Below, piece after piece: positions 25,193 to 39,803 of a DNA stretch of 64,000 nt. Position numbers and translations under genes: made by a program. The stretch's first letter is position 1; the number at the start of each line of letters is the position of its first letter. The DNA comes from Mobula hypostoma (lineage: Eukaryota), in NCBI RefSeq assembly GCF_963921235.1, contig NC_086097.1, forward strand, positions 62,002,001-62,066,000, in the 5' to 3' direction. The notes under the pieces were generated by a model that did no database searches, was not told the DNA's origin, and worked only from the letters and a program-made list of their open reading frames with translations.

Positions 25193-28100
25193 TGTCAGTA
25201 CCTCCAGCTGAACTCTGTCTCTTTGTGTGTTTCCCCCCCCAGCCGTCATTCTGTGTTTTTGCATTGCCATGTTCTCTGGTTTGTTTTCATGCTCCTGTCC
25301 CCACCCCTGGTCTACCCTAGCCCCTGTATCACTGATTACTCCAACCCCACCTGTTTCCCATTATTACCTGTATTGCTGCCACCTGTGTCTCAATTGTGCT
25401 CCACCTATCACCTGCCCCTCTGTTTATTGCTCAGTGTATTTTAGTCCTGTGTTTTGACCTGTTTGTTGCCAGATTAGAAACATAGAAAACCTACAGCACA
25501 ATACAGGACCTTCGGCCCTCAAAGCTGTGCCGAACATGTCCCTACCTTAGAAATTACAAGGCTTACCCATAGCCCTCTGTTTTTCTAAGCTCCATGTACC
25601 TATCCAGAAGTCTCTTAAAAGACCCTATCGACTCTGCCTCCACCACCGTTGCCGGCAGCCCATTCCATGCACTCACCAGTCTCTGAGTAAAAAACTTACC
25701 CCTGACATCTCCTCTGTACCTACTCCCCAGCCCCTTAAACCTGTGCCCTCTTGTGGCAAACATTTCAGCCCTGGGAAAAAGCCTCTGACTATCCACACAA
25801 TCATTACCTCTCATCATCTTATACACCTCTATCAGGTCACCTCTCATCCTCTGTCGCTCCAAGGAGAAAAGGCTGAGTTCACTCAACCTATTCTCATAAG
25901 GCATGCTCCCCAATCCAGGCAACATCCTTGTAAAGCTCCTCTGCACCCTTTCTATGGCTTCCACATCCTTCCTGTAGTGAGGTGACCAGAACTGATCACA
26001 GTACCCCAAGTGGGGTATGACCAGGGTCCTATATAGCTGCAACATTACCTCTTGGCTCCGAAATTCAATTCCACGATTAATGAAGGCCAATACACCGTAT
26101 GCGTTCTTACCCATAGAGTCAACTTTGAGCATCCTATGGATTCCGACACCAAGATCCCTCTAATCCTCCACACTGCCAAAAGTCTTACAATTAATACTAT
26201 ATTCTGTCATCATATTTGACCTACCAAAAGAACTACTTCACACTTAACTGGGTTGAACTCCATCTGCCACTTCTCAGCCCAGTTTTGCATCCTATCAATG
26301 TCCCGCTGTCATCTCTGACAGCCCTCCACACTATCCACAACACTGTCAACCTTTGTGTCATCAGCACGCTTATTAACCCATCCCTCTACTTCCTCATCCA
26401 GGTCATTTATAAAAATCATGAAGAGTAAGTATCCCAGAACAGATCCCTGAGGCACACCACTCGTCACCGACCTCCATGCAGAATATGATCCGTCAACAAC
26501 CACTCTTTGCCTTTTGTGGGCAAGCCAGTTCTGGATCCACAAAGCAATGTCCCCTTGGATCCTATACCTCCTTACTTTCTCAATAAGCCTTGCATGGGGT
26601 ACCTTATCAAATGCCTTGCTGAAATCCATATACACTACATCTACTGCTCTTCCTTCATGAATGTGTTTAGTCACATCCTCAAAAAATTCTGTCAGGCTCG
26701 TAAGGCACGACCTGCCCTTGACAAAGCCTTGCTGACTACTCTTAATCATATCATACCTCTCCAAATATTCATAAATCCTACCTCTCAGGATCTTCTCCAT
26801 CAACTTACCAACCACTGAAGTAAGACTCACTGATATATAATTTCCTAGGCCATCTCTACTCCCTTTCTTGAATAAGGGAACAGCATCTGCAACCCCCCAA
26901 TTCTCCAGAACCTCTCCAGTCCTCATTGATGATTCAAAGATCATAGCCAAAGGCTCAGCAATCTCCTCCCTCACCTGCCACAGTCGCTTAGGGTACAATT
27001 CATCCGGTCCTGGCAATTTATCCAACTTGATGTTTTTCAAAAGCTCCAGCACATCCTCTTTCTTAATATCTACATGCTCAAGCTTTTCAGTCTGCTGCAA
27101 GTCAGCAGTACAATCACCAAGATCCTTTTCCATAGTGAATACTGAAGTAAAGTATTCATTAAGTCCCTCTGCTATTTCCTCCAGTTGCAAACACACTTTT
27201 CCACTATTTCACTTGATAGGTCCTATTCTTTCATGTCTTATCCTCTTGATCTTCACGTCCTTGTAGAATGCCTTGGGGTTTTCCTTAATCCGGCTTGCCA
27301 AGGCCTTCTCATGGCCCCTTCTCGCTTTCCTAATTTCCTTTATAAGCTCCTTCCTGATAGCCTTATAATCTTCTAGATCTCTAACATTACCTAGCTCTCT
27401 GAACCTTTTGTAAGCTTTTCTTTTCTTCTTGACTAGATTCATTTCAGCCTTTGTACACCATGGTTACTGTACCCTACCATAACTTCCCTGTCTCATTGGA
27501 ACGTACATATGCAGAACTCCACGCAAATATCTTCTGAACATTTGCCACATTTCCTCCGTACTTTTCCCTGAGAACATCTGTTCACAATTTAAGCTTCCAA
27601 TTACCTGCCTGATAGCCTCATAATTCCCCTTACTCCAATTAAATGCATTTATAACTTGTCTGTTCTTATCTCTCTCCAATGCTATTGTAAAGGAGATAGA
27701 ATTATGATAACTATTTCCAAAATGCTCTCCCACTGAGAGATCTGACACCTGGCCAGATTCATTTCCCAATACCAAATCAAGTACAGTCTCTCCTCTTGTA
27801 GGCTTATCTACACATTGTGTCAAGAAACCTTTCTGAATACACTTAACAAACTCCACTCCATTAAAACCCTTTTCTCTAGGGAGATGCCAATTGATATTTG
27901 GGAAATTAAAATCTCCCATCATAACAGCTCTGTTATTATTACACCTTTCCAGGAACGGTTTCCCTATCTGCTCCTCAATATCCCTGTTACTATTGGGCGG
28001 CCTATAAAAAACACCCAGTAAAGTTATTGACCCCTTCCTGTTCCTAACCTCCACCCACAGAGACTTCGTAGACAATGACATCCACCTTTTCTGCAGCCGT

Positions 28101-29721
28101 GACACTATCTCTGATAAACAGTGCCAAGCCCCCACCTCTTTTGCCTCCCTCCCTGTCCTTTCTGAAACATCTAAAACCTGGCAGTTAAAGTAACCACTCC
28201 TGTCCCTGAGTCATCCAAGCCTCTGTAATGACCATCACATCATAGCTCCAGGTACTGATCCATGCTCTAAGCTCATCTGCTTTGTTCGCAATACTTCTTG
28301 CATTAAAATAGACACATTTCAAACCGTCTGCCTGAGCACGTCCCTTCTCTATCACCTGCCTATCCTCCTTCACACACCGTCTCCAAGCTTTCTCTATTCG
28401 TGAGCTAACCGCCTCTTCCCCAGTCTCTTCAATTTGGTTCCCACTCCCCTACAATTCTAGTTTAAACTCTCCCCAGTAGCCTTAGCAAACCTGCCCGCCA
28501 GGATATTAGTCCCCCTGGGATTCGTGCAACCCGTCCTTTTTGTACAGGTCACACCTGCCCCAAAAGGGGTCCCAATGATCCAGAAATCTGAATCCCTGCC
28601 CCCTGCTCCAATCCCTCAACATGCATTTATCCTCCACTTCAATCTACTCCTATACTCACTGTGACGTGGCACAGGCAGTAATCCCGAGATTACTACCTTT
28701 GCGGTCCTGCTTCTCAACTTCCCTCTTAACTCCCTGTAGTCTTTTTTCAGGAACTCTTCCCTTTTTCTACCTAAGTCGCTGGTACCAATATGTACCACGA
28801 CTTCTGGCTGTTCTCCTTCCCACTGCAGGATATCTTGGACGCAATCTGAAACATCCTGGACCCTGGCACCTGGGAGGCAAACTACCATCCAAGTTTCTTT
28901 CCTGCTTCCACAGAATCGTCTGTCTGATCCCCTAACTATAGAGACCCCTATCACTACTACCTTCCTCTTCCTTCCCCTACCCTTCTGAGCCACAGGCCAG
29001 ACTCTGTGCCAGAGGCACGGCCACTGTCACTTCCCCCCCAAGAGTACTCAAACAGGAGTACTTATTTTCAAGGGGTACAGCCACAGGGGTGCTCTCTAGT
29101 ACCTGAATCTTCCCCTTCCCTCTCCTGACTGTTACCCACTCGTCGGTCTCCAGTGGCCCCAGTGTGACCACCTGCCTGCAACTCCTATCTATCACCTCCT
29201 TGCTCTCCCTGACCAGGTGAAGGTCATCGAGCTGCATCTCCATTTCCCTAACGCGGTCCCTTTGAAGCTGCAGCTCGACACATCGGGTGCAGATATGGCT
29301 GTCTGGGAGGCTGGGAGACTCCAGGACCTCCCGCATCTGACACAGAGCACAAAAAACCAGCCTCACACACATACTACCTTTCCGCAATTAACACAGGGAA
29401 ACCTACCTCTCTTCGTTACCACCTTAGCCCGTTCAGCCAAAGCCCCATCACTCTGCTGCCCGCTGGATATGGCAGTCTTCTTTTTAAACTTTTCCCACTC
29501 TACTGGCTGACTTCACGCGTCTGCGCGATCTTGCCTCTCTTTTACCCCAAGATTGTGCCAGTGAGTTTTCCTGCTTCTGATTTTTGATTTCTCTGGATGT
29601 TTTGATCTCTTCCCGATCTTTGATGCCAACTTTGTTTTCACCTCGGGATTTGTTATTCAATAAATATCACAATGTGCACAGTACTTAGTCTGCGATTGGG
29701 TCCCTGCTCCAGTGCCTGACA
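25193..29721 (+). mobile_element. Solo LTR (25193-25475 plus 29555-29721) split by a full-length CR1
   Basis: TGTCAG...CTGACA ends, AATAAA near 29659. The joined halves align with the intact copy at 41295-41800. Flanks aacctc/aacctt. Confidence 0.88.
25476..29549 (-). mobile_element. Full-length CR1/HER1-like LINE (~4.1 kb); ORF1 (Cys motif plus SGNH esterase) and ORF2 (APE plus RT) broken by several stops/frameshifts
   Basis: ORF1: CALCQM...CTRC, VIGVSIVRG, VCLPGA, VVVHIGT (29387-28616). ORF2: [39 protein letters not shown] (28373-25563). TTCTATGT-type tail. TSD agatt (25471-25475 / 29550-29554). Confidence 0.96.
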
Positions 29722-31042
29722 AACCTTGAAAAGACTGAGGAGTTTTAAAGAAAAAAAGCAAAATACTATTGAAGTGAAACTGGATCAGCTATGATTTTAT
29801 TGAATGGCATATCATGTTCAAGGGTAATTGGATTATTCCTCCTTCTGTTTCTGATATTAAATAATCTTATAACAAAATCAGTAAAAAAAATGATTATGGA
29901 GTTGATAAAGTGGGAGAATATAGAATTTTGGGTAATTTGGCATGAAATATAAAAAGTATCAAAAAATAACAGACAGGAGATACTGAATAGGGAATAAAGA
30001 CATATCAACAGATGATGAACACATTCTGGATTTGTCTTCATAATAGAAAGAACTCTGCTTATATTGAAAGAAACACATGAGACTGAAGATGTTGGAATCT
30101 GGAGCAATAAAAAATATGCTGGATAAACTTAAGGGACAAGTTGTATGTGTAAAGGGAGAAGGAAATCAACATATAATTTGTGTAATTGAGTGGATCTGTG
30201 CAAATATGGCTCCATATATTTTGGGTTTCCAGTCTGCATATATCAATATTTGTGAAAGCTTGTAGAATTAATATGAGTGGAGATTTTCAACATTATGACT
30301 GGGATTGAAAACAACCAAACCTAAGAAACTGATAGTTTGAAAGCTGAAGTGTTTGCAGTTATAATGTTAACATTGATGTTGATGCTCCATAATTCCCTAA
30401 ACTACAGCATAGTTCACATGGATTAGATAATAGAAAAACTAAGCCTAGTATTCTAGAAGTCAGCACAGGAAAAAATGAGCAATTCTAGGCAAGATTGGCT
30501 TGACATCAATAGTAGAGAAAATTATTAAGGTTCATATATCACACAGCTTAGATATTCACAGTAAGATTAGGGAGGATAGCATAGATTTCAAAGGCAGAGA
30601 TATGGAGGATGCTTTATGATTAACTTGTAATGGTGCACAAATGTGGCAGTTCTATCCCAGTCCTACTCACCTGACCTGGAACATTTTGCAGTCAAGTGTC
30701 ATCCATTTTATCTGCAGCTGAGTTTTCAGCCATCATCTTGGTAATGATGTACGGTCCATGTCAGGTCTGTATCAAGCAGGCTCAAGATGAACTGAGCAAC
30801 GTAATCAACAGGCATGAATCAGCACACCCTGATGCCTTTCCCTCATTTTGGGGGATTTAAATCAGGCCAGCTTGAAAAAGTCCCTATATAATTATCACCA
30901 ACATATCACTTGTGGAACCAGAGGAGCTGAAACACTGGAAAGTTGTTATATTACCCTCTAGATAGTTTATTACCTCCTACTATGCCATCCCACACCCACA
31001 CGGTGGAAAGTCTGAACACCTGACTGTATCTGTACTCCCTAA

Positions 31043-31270
31043 TTATACTTTATACTTTATTGTCGCCAAACAATTGATACTAGAACGTACAATCATCACA
31101 GTGATATTTGATTCTGCGCTTCACGCTCCCTGGAGTACAAATCAATAGTAAATATTAAAAATATAAATTATAAATCATAAATAGAAAATGAAAAAGGGAA
31201 AGTAAGGTAGTGCAAAAAAACCGAGAGGCAGGTCCAGATATTTGGACAGTACGGCCCAGATCCAGGTCAG
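31043..31270 (-). mobile_element. Short LINE 3'-end insertion (Rex1-like) within Rex1
   Basis: Minus strand ends caataaagtataaagtataa. Interrupts the host element. Confidence 0.6.
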
Positions 31271-33249
31271 TATAGGCAGAGACTGAAGACTGCAACCCCA
31301 GTAGAGAGGACCAAGGAGGTATGGACAAGAGAGGAGTGCTTACAGGACTGTTTTGAGTCAGAGCACAGGACAGTATTCAGTGATTCATTTTCAAGTCTGA
31401 ATCAATATGGCATAGTTGTCACTGACTTCATTAAAACCTGTGTGGATGAGTGTGTGCCTATGAGAACATAGCGTACATAGCTGAAGCAAAAGTTGTGGAT
31501 GAACCAAAAGATTCGTATTCTGCTGAGGGCTAAATCCGTAGCATTCAAATCTGGTTGTCCATATCTATACAAGAAGGACAGACATGACTTACAGAGGGCT
31601 ATCTCAAGAGCAAAAGAACAATTCCATTTGAGGTTAGACGTGGAATCGGATACACATCAAGTCAGGCAGGGTTTTCAGGCTATCACTTCCTGCAAAGTGA
31701 AACATAACATCATGAATGGCAGTGATGCTTCACTCCAAGATGAGCTCAAGATCTTTATGCGCACTTTGAAAGGGAGAGTACAACTATAGCTTTGAGGATC
31801 TCTGCAGCACTTGGTGACCATGTGATCTCTGTCTCAGAGGCCAATGTCAGAACGTCCTTCAAGAGGGTGAACCCTTGCAAGGTGACAGGCCCTAAAGGTG
31901 TACCTGGCAGTGCTTTGAAAACCTGTGACAGCCAACTGGCAGGTGTGTTTAAAAACATTTCAACCTCTCATTGCTACAGTCAGAAGTTCTCATTTGCTTC
32001 AAAAATCACACCAGTACTCAAGAAGAGCAGTGTGAGCTGCCTTAATAACTATTATCCAGCAGCATTCACATCTACTGTGATTAAATGCTTCGAGAGCTTG
32101 TCATGGCTAGAATCAACACCTGTCTCAGGAAATACTTGGACCCACTACAGTTTGGCTGTCTCCACAATAGGCCTAAAGTGGATGCAATCTCATTATCACT
32201 TCACACAACCTTGGATCACCCAGACAATACTTGTATCAGGCTGCAGTCTATTGACTATAACTCCGTGTTTAACCCACTTATTCCTACAGTTCTGATCAAA
32301 AAGCTCCAAAACCTGGGCCTCTTTGCCTCCCTCTGCAACTGGATCATCAGCTTCCTCACCAGAATACCACAGTCTGTGAAGATATGAAGTAACTTCCACT
32401 CTTCACTGATAATCATCACTGGCACACCTCAAGGATTTGTGCTTGGCCCACTGTTCTACTCTCTCTACATCCATGACTGTGTGGCTAGGCACAGCTCAAA
32501 AGCTATCTATAAAGTTGCTGACAACACAACTATTGTTGGCAGAAGTTCAGGTGTTGACAAGGAAGTGTACAGGAGTGAGATTGATTAATTGGTTGAGTGG
32601 TGTCACAGCAACAACCTTGCACTCAACATCAGTAAGACCTAAGAACTGATTGTGGACTTCAGAAAGGATAAGATGAGGGAACACACACCAGTCCTCATCG
32701 AGGGGTTAGAAATGGAGAGGGTGTGCAATTTCAAGTTCCTGGTTGTCAACATCTCTTAGGATCTATCCTGGGCCCAACGTGTTGATGCAACTACATAGAA
32801 GGCATGACAGCAGTTGTATTTCATTAGGAGCTTGAGGAGACTTGGCATATCACAAAAGAAACTCTCAAATTTCTGCAGATGTACCATGGAGAGCCTTCTA
32901 ACTGGCTTGCATCACCATCTGGTATGGGGAGGGAGGGATAGGCACTCCACAGGATTGAAATAAGCTGCAGAAAGTTATAAACTCAGTCAGCTCTATCAGG
33001 GCACTAGCCTTACGAGCATCCAGGACATCTTCAAGGAGTGATGCCTCAAAAAGGCAGCCTTCATCATTAAGGACCCTCATCACCCAGAACATACCATCAT
33101 CTCATTGCCTCCATCAGGGAGGAGGTACAGGAGCCTGAAGGCGTACACTCAATGATTCAGGAATAGCTTCTTCCCCTCTGCCAGCAGATTTCTGAAAGGA
33201 CGTTAAACCCATTAATGCTACTTCACTACTTCCTTTTCTTTTTGCACTT

Positions 33250-33948
33250 TGTGCAGGATTATTGAGATCTTGGGATCCGTGTCCATAGGACACTCAAAGC
33301 TGCTGTGCAGATTGACTGTGTGGTTAAGAAGGCACACGGTGTATTGGCCTTGATCAACCGTGGGATTGAATTCAAGAGATGAGGTAATGTTGCAAATATG
33401 TAAGACCCCTGGTCAGACCCCACTTGGAGTACTGCGTTCAGTTCTGGTCACCTCACTACAGGAAGGATGTGGAAACTATAAAAAGGATGCATAGGAGATT
33501 TTCAAGGATGTTGCCTGGATTGGGGAGCATTCCTTATGAGAATAGGTTGAGTGAACTCGGCCTTTTCTCCTTGGAGTGATGGAGGATGAGAGATGACCTG
33601 ATAGAGGTGTATAAGATGAAGAGAGGCATTGATCGTGAAGGTGTCAGAGGCTTTTTGCTGGGGCTGAAATGGCTAGCACGAGAGAGCACAGTTTTAAGGT
33701 GCTTGGAAGTAGGTACAGAGGAAATGTCAGGGATAAGTTTTTTCTTATACAGAGAGTGGTGACTGCATGGAATGGACTGCCGGCAACAGTGGTGGGGGCA
33801 GGTACAATAGGGTCTTTTAAGAGACTGCTGGATAGGTACATGGAGCTATGGGCAACCCTAAGTAACTTTCAAAGTAAGTACATGTTTGGTACAGCATTGT
33901 GGGCTGAAGGGCCTGTATTGTGCTGTAGGTTTTCTATGTTTCTATGTT
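33250..33948 (+). mobile_element. Young CR1 3' fragment nested in the Rex1 3' UTR
   Basis: Closely matches the reverse complement of 25476-26160. Tail tttctatgtttctatgtt. Confidence 0.92.
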
Positions 33949-35597
33949 CACTGCTTAATTAATTTTATATATATATATAGTTACTGTAATTTATAGTGCT
34001 TTTATTATGTATTGCAATGTACTGCTGATACAAAACAACAAATTTCGCAACATACGTCAGTGATATTAAACCCAATTCTAATAGCTTTAAGAAAAAGTCC
34101 TGCTTAAAAAATCTACTTTTTTTTACATCTGACAGGAAAACAACCTTGATAAGCTGAGGATATTTGATGAGAAAGTATTTTTTTTTGTAGTAAGATAGAA
34201 GGATTATAGTCTCTGTGTCGGGTTTTGACCATTTTGTACTGAGGTGAGTTTCCCATGGTGCTCTATTAAGCTACAAGGTGCTGATAGGTGGGTTAATTAG
34301 CCACTATAAATTACCATTCATGTGACCCAGTGCTGGATGTAAAGGTTGATGCCGCTGTTGAGGTTAAGATCATTATTATTCCTCCCAAGATAAAGGAAAT
34401 CTCTTTATTCTTTACATGTTCCAAGTAGGCAGCGATCCAACTGAACAGCACTTCAAGAGAGAATTACAAGTTTGTTAAAGGAAAGCATATCTTATTTCAT
34501 TAAAAATTGTGAACAAGTATGGGGCCAACAATTGATTAATTAGTTTTGATCTTGCTCACCTCCTCTTGCAAGGTTTGTTGTTTCAACTGTCTGGATGCTC
34601 CAAACACCATGCACTTTCCAGCTGGCAACTCAAAAACTGCAATAAATGAAGCATATTGATGTGCCATGATCTACACTAAATACTTTTCCTGGGTCAGTGC
34701 TCCCAGGAACTTTTTCATCTGACTTAATTAGGTGACTGTGATTTGATCCAATAAGTCAAAATGGATTGTTAGTTGTCACAGAGTTGTATACTGCACAATT
34801 CAATTTCAATTCAAAACAGCAGCAAAGAGAAACATAAGTGTCATAAGTTCAGTGATTTTCCACCTGTCTGATGCCCTGTCCTGTGCACTAGTGACCAATG
34901 CTCTATAATGCACACCTAGGTGCTCCTTCAGTAGTTGTGTCTCAGGCATCTGAGTCTGTGAAGTTTTGGTGCCTAATTAGTAAAGAGAGAATTAGTGAGA
35001 AGAGAGAATTATCCAATGAGTGAATCAGTTTAAGAATCAGGTTTGGAAGAGAGCAGGCAAGTACTATGATGTTTTGGGACAAGAAAATTATGGGAGCATA
35101 TAAATTAACTGAGGTGCATTCCTAGTGCTGAACTCCCTGGCCTGGGGCCAGCTAAGGCAGATCCCCTTTTTATCCAACTACAGATGACATTGTGAGAACT
35201 TGGAAGGCCTGCTTCTGTACGAGGCTTATATTTTAAGCTGTAAACCACTAGAGAGCTTTCTTGAACATTATACAGGTAGATGAGCAGTACTCAATACTCC
35301 AAATATGTCTGCAATAATTAGAAACTATATTCATTACCAATAATTATCAAGAACAATTTAAAAAATTCTCCCATGTTAGTCTTCAATATTAAAATACAAT
35401 CTGTACATCAGCCAGTCAGACGTGTATTCCCTTTACTTGGTATAATCACCATTGGAAATCCATTTTAACATTGGAGATATTATGCGAAGCAAGAAAGAAT
35501 ACAGTAAATGAATAAATTAAAAAAATGTTTCCAGTTCCTTCTGCAACAATTTCTAGCAATGACAACTTGCTTCGGAACTTGCTCCAGTTCTATTGCT

Positions 35598-37240
35598 TCA
35601 GAATCAGAAACGGAATCAAGATTAATATCCCCGGCATATATCATGAAATTTGTTGTTTTGTGGCAATAGTACATTGCAGTACAGAGTACAAAAACTATAA
35701 ATTACGAAAGGTATATATAAAAATATAAATTAAATAACTAGTGCAAAAAGAGGGAAAATACTGAGGAAGAGTTCATGCATTCATTGTCCATTCAGAAATC
35801 TGATGACAGAGGGGAAGAAGTTGTTCCTGAAATGTTGAGTGTGTATCTTCTGACTCCTGTATCTCCTCCTTGATGGTAGCAATGAGAAGAGGGCATGTTC
35901 TGGGCGACGGGGGTTCTTAATGATGGATGCTGCCTTTCTTGAGATGGGCATTGAGGCCTATGTATGCCAGGGTCACAGAACCTTCTGCAGAATGGGCTGT
36001 GGATGTATAATTTATGAGGTGCTTTGTCCTTCCACCCCTGTCATGGAGTTTCTGCATGCTGAGGTTTGAAATTTCGTCCCCAAAGATCCATTTCCAATGA
36101 GATTGAAAATGAACCAGAGATTTTCAGAAGGTAATAGAGAAGTTGCATTTCTTCAAGGAAGATCTGAGCACTCCTTGGCAGAAGCACAACAACAGCCAAT
36201 AGAGCAGTTTTAAGTTCAAGTTTGTTGTCATTGCAACCCTGTACATGTATACTGCCAAACGAAACAATATTCCTCCAGACAAAGGTGCACAACATAGTAC
36301 ATATAATTCGCGCACAACACAATATAATATTACTACAAATAAGTTAGTAAATAATAAACTGCATTTATGTCACGAGCTGTTTCCCATCCTAATAGTAGGG
36401 AGTTAAAGAGATTGCTGAAGGAATGGGAGGGATCATTGGTAATGCTAAGGGCCCTGAATATGCAGCACTCCTGGTAAGTATCACAGGTGAGTGTAGGAGA
36501 GACCCCCATGATACTCTCAGCAGTCCTCATAATCCTTTAGATGTCTTGCAACTCCCATAGCAGATATTGATACAGTTCCTGTAAAAATTGCTAAGAATGG
36601 GGGTGGGGGGGGCGCGGAGGAAAGAGAAGGAGCTGCAATCTCCTCAGGAAGTGGAGATGATGTTGTGCTTTCTTGACTAAAGAGGCGGTGTTCAGGGACC
36701 AGGTGAAACTGCCTGTTATGTGCTCTCCCAGAAATTTGGCGCTTCCGACTCTCCATGGAGGAGATGTTAATATGCAATAAGGAGCGGTCAGCCTGCACCT
36801 TCCTAAAGTCTACAATCATCTCTTTATTCTTGTCCACATTGAGTCTCAAGTTGGTGGGCTCGCACCATTCTACCAGTCACTCTACCTTCTCACTGTACAT
36901 TGACTCAACATCATTGTCAATGAAGCCAACCACTGTGGTGCCATTGTGAACTTGATGATTCAGTTGGAACTGAATCTAGCAATACAACCATTTCTCAGCA
37001 ACGTGAACAGCATCGGGCTGAGGATGCAGACCTGTGGAGTGCCAGTGCTCAGCATGATGGAACTAGAGACATTGCTGCTAACAAGACTGACTATGGAGTT
37101 CAAGAAGTCCAAGATCAGATGACAGAACTTGTATTTCTCAACAGAAGGCCCACAGTCAGTCTCTATTAGGAGCAACATCTCTAGGACCATCATGATGAGC
37201 TCCAGACCCTCACAGGGCTGCATGCTCAGCCCGTTGCATT
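35598..37240 (-). mobile_element. Cluster of Rex1/Babar fragments
   Basis: (TCTGAT)-like tail at ~35600, second tail at ~36213. LNVDKNKEMIVDFRK and LSTGTPQVCILSPMLFTL motifs. Confidence 0.75.
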
Positions 37241-37269
37241 TCTTCAAGGAAGGTCTGGGCACTGCTTGG

Positions 37270-37690
37270 AGGAGGCACAATGACACAACCAATGGAGCTG
37301 GTTCCTCAGCACCACCAAACAGATTCAATCCTGACCTCTAGTGCTGTCTTTTTGTAGTTTACATGTTCTCCCTGTGACCACATGATTTTCTCCCTCATCC
37401 CAGAGATATGCAGGTTGGTAAATTAATTGACTCCTATAAATTCCCACAGTGTGCAGATGAGTGCTAGTATTTGGAGAGAATGGGAAAGACTGTAGAGAGA
37501 ATAAAATGGAGTCAGTGCAGGATTAGTGTAAATGAGGGGTTCCCAACCATTTTTGTGCCATGGACCTCTATCGTTAACCAAGTGGTCCATGGACCTGAGG
37601 TTGGGGATCGTTGGTGTAAGTGGTGCTTGATGGCCAGCACAGATTGTGAGAACTGAAGGGACTGCTTCCATACTGTGTGACTCTCTATCT
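37270..37690 (+). mobile_element. Decayed V-SINE
   Basis: tttacatgttctccctgtgacc V-domain. CR1-like tail ctgaagggactgcttccatactgtgtgactctct. Confidence 0.7.
37534..37613. mobile_element. 80-bp hAT-type MITE inside the SINE
   Basis: TIRs gaggggttcccaacc / ggttggggatcgttg. 8-bp TSD gtgtaaat/gtgtaagt. Confidence 0.75.
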
Positions 37691-39009
37691 AACAATTAAT
37701 CTCCTCCCACACAGGAAGAGTTACAGTTCTAGCAGTCTGGTGTCAAGCATGCAAGCAACACATCATTCTCAGTCTCGTTGACAGAGAGTAACTGGGGCTT
37801 CAGTCATACGGGGGTATTGTCCTGGGAAAAGATGTTGATGTTAGTTCATCAATCTTACCAATCGATCTAGTGGGTAGCAGTGCTCCCTGTCCTCTGATAC
37901 CCTCAGCAGACACCTCAGGACACTATATGGAAATAAATATAAGAAATATAATAAAAACAGAAAAACGGAAGGAAACATGGAAAGAACAAAACATGTTTCC
38001 ATTTCAGAAGTGCAAGTTCCATTAATCATTTTGACCAATAATAAACAGGAATGACCATAAAAGGTCCAACTGGTGTTGGCAAGATTGAAAATATGTAGAT
38101 AGGCTCCTTTTTAAATCAGGGTTAGAAAGAAAGGGAGATCCTGTTAGGAGCAGAAAAGGGGATTGAAAGGCGAAATAAAGCAGGGTGGAAAATGGGTTTG
38201 TTTATATGGTCAATCTACTCATTACACCCAAGGAAGGGGAGTTTTGGATCACCAAGTAATTTAAAGAGGCAAATTCTTGGAATTACTGTTTTCTTAGGGT
38301 GGACTCAGCAGAGGAATGAGGAACAGCGTGAGTGGAAAATTTAGGAAGAATCAGTTCTGATGAAGCATCTCCAACCTGAAACATACCGTCGTTATTCTTT
38401 CCACAGATGTCAATTAGTATGGAGTAGTGGAGTACAGTACAGAACCAGACCCTTTACTGACAACATCCATAAGACCCTACCCACCTAATCCCATGTACTA
38501 GCACCTGATTCGTTGCATTCTATGCCTTGTTGAACCAAAGTGTTGTGGGAGTCTGTGCCTCTACAGTGATGTCAGGTTAAGACTGAACTCATTCAGCTAA
38601 GTGCAGACATACAGCCTTTGTCATATTTGCAGTACCAAGGGACATCTGTCAACGTTTTTCTTGACAGCAAAGGAAGACCCAGTGAACTCAACAAATAGAT
38701 ACTGCCAGGTTTATTGGAAATGTCAGTGGAGGGCGTTGTTCACATGAACTAGGCAATGAAGGTGGTGACTCTGATGAACTGGTACAGACTGACATGCCAA
38801 GTCAAATGGCTGATGAACCTTTCAGTATTCAGTCCACATTGCAGGAAAGAGAGCTCTGATGGAAATTTATGCTGCTATTGTAGAATCGGTGATGAGTGAG
38901 CAGAAAGTTGAGTGACAATGGCCAGATGGCCCGGGAAAACATGAAATGCCATCTGCTTTCCTGCAGACCCACTACGGGGATGGGTAAAAATGACAGAGAG
39001 TGGGAGGTT

Positions 39010-39730
39010 ATCAGAATCAGGTTTAATAACCGGCATGTGTCATGAAATTTATTTTCTTTGTGGCAGCAGAAAATGCAATACATAATAATGGAAAAAAACT
39101 GAATTACAGTAAGTACAGTATATATTAAATAGTTAAATTAAATAAGTAGTTCAAAGTATTGAGGTAGTGTTCACAGGTTCAACGTCCATTCAGAAATCTG
39201 TTGGCAGAGGGGAAGAAGCTGTTCCTGAACTGTTGTGTGTACCTTCAGGCTTCTGTAGCTCCTTCCTTCCTTCCTGATGGTAGCAATGAGAATAAGACAT
39301 GACCTGGGTGATGGGGGTCTTTAAAGATGGACACAGTCTTTTTGAGGCATCACTCCTTGAAGATGTCCTGGAGACTGCGAAGGCTCCCATAATGGAGCTG
39401 ACTAAATATAAAACTCTCTGCAGCTTATTTTGATCCTGTGCAGTTGCAACCCCACCTCCAACATGCCAAATAATGATGCAGCCAGTCAGAATCCTCTCCA
39501 CGGCACATCTGTAGAAATTTGCAAGTGCCTTTGGTGACATATCAAATCTTCTCAAACTCCTAAACATAATATAGCTGCTGTCATGCCTTCTTTATAATTG
39601 CATCAATGTGTTGGGGCCAGGATAAATCCTCAGAGATGTTGACGCCCAGGAACTTGAAATTGCACACTATCTCCACTTCTGATCTCTCTGTGAGGACTGG
39701 TGTGTGTTTCCTCACCTTACCCTTTCTGAA
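39010..39730 (-). mobile_element. Rex1 3' fragment
   Basis: LANFYRCAVERILTGCIIIW motif. atcagaatcag tail. Confidence 0.88.
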
Positions 39731-39803
39731 GTGTGAGAAGCAGGGAAAGCAAAGCAAGGTTCTTTCTACTGTTTCAAACCGATAGTCCAGAATTACCTAT
39801 CTA

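Larger units (their letters stand above)
30640..34080 (+). mobile_element. Rex1/Babar LINE, long decayed copy with two nested inserts
   Basis: GDLNQA (APE), LDPLQF, DYNSVFN, TGTPQG.VL and KVADNT motifs. 3' UTR ending gatattaaacccaattct. Confidence 0.9.

Noticed and set aside
34560..34636. Minus-strand exon candidate (ttgcag|...|gtgagc, FELPAGKCMVFGASRQLKQQTLQEE)
   Set aside because: No recognisable protein and no linked exons. Consistent with chance splice signals.
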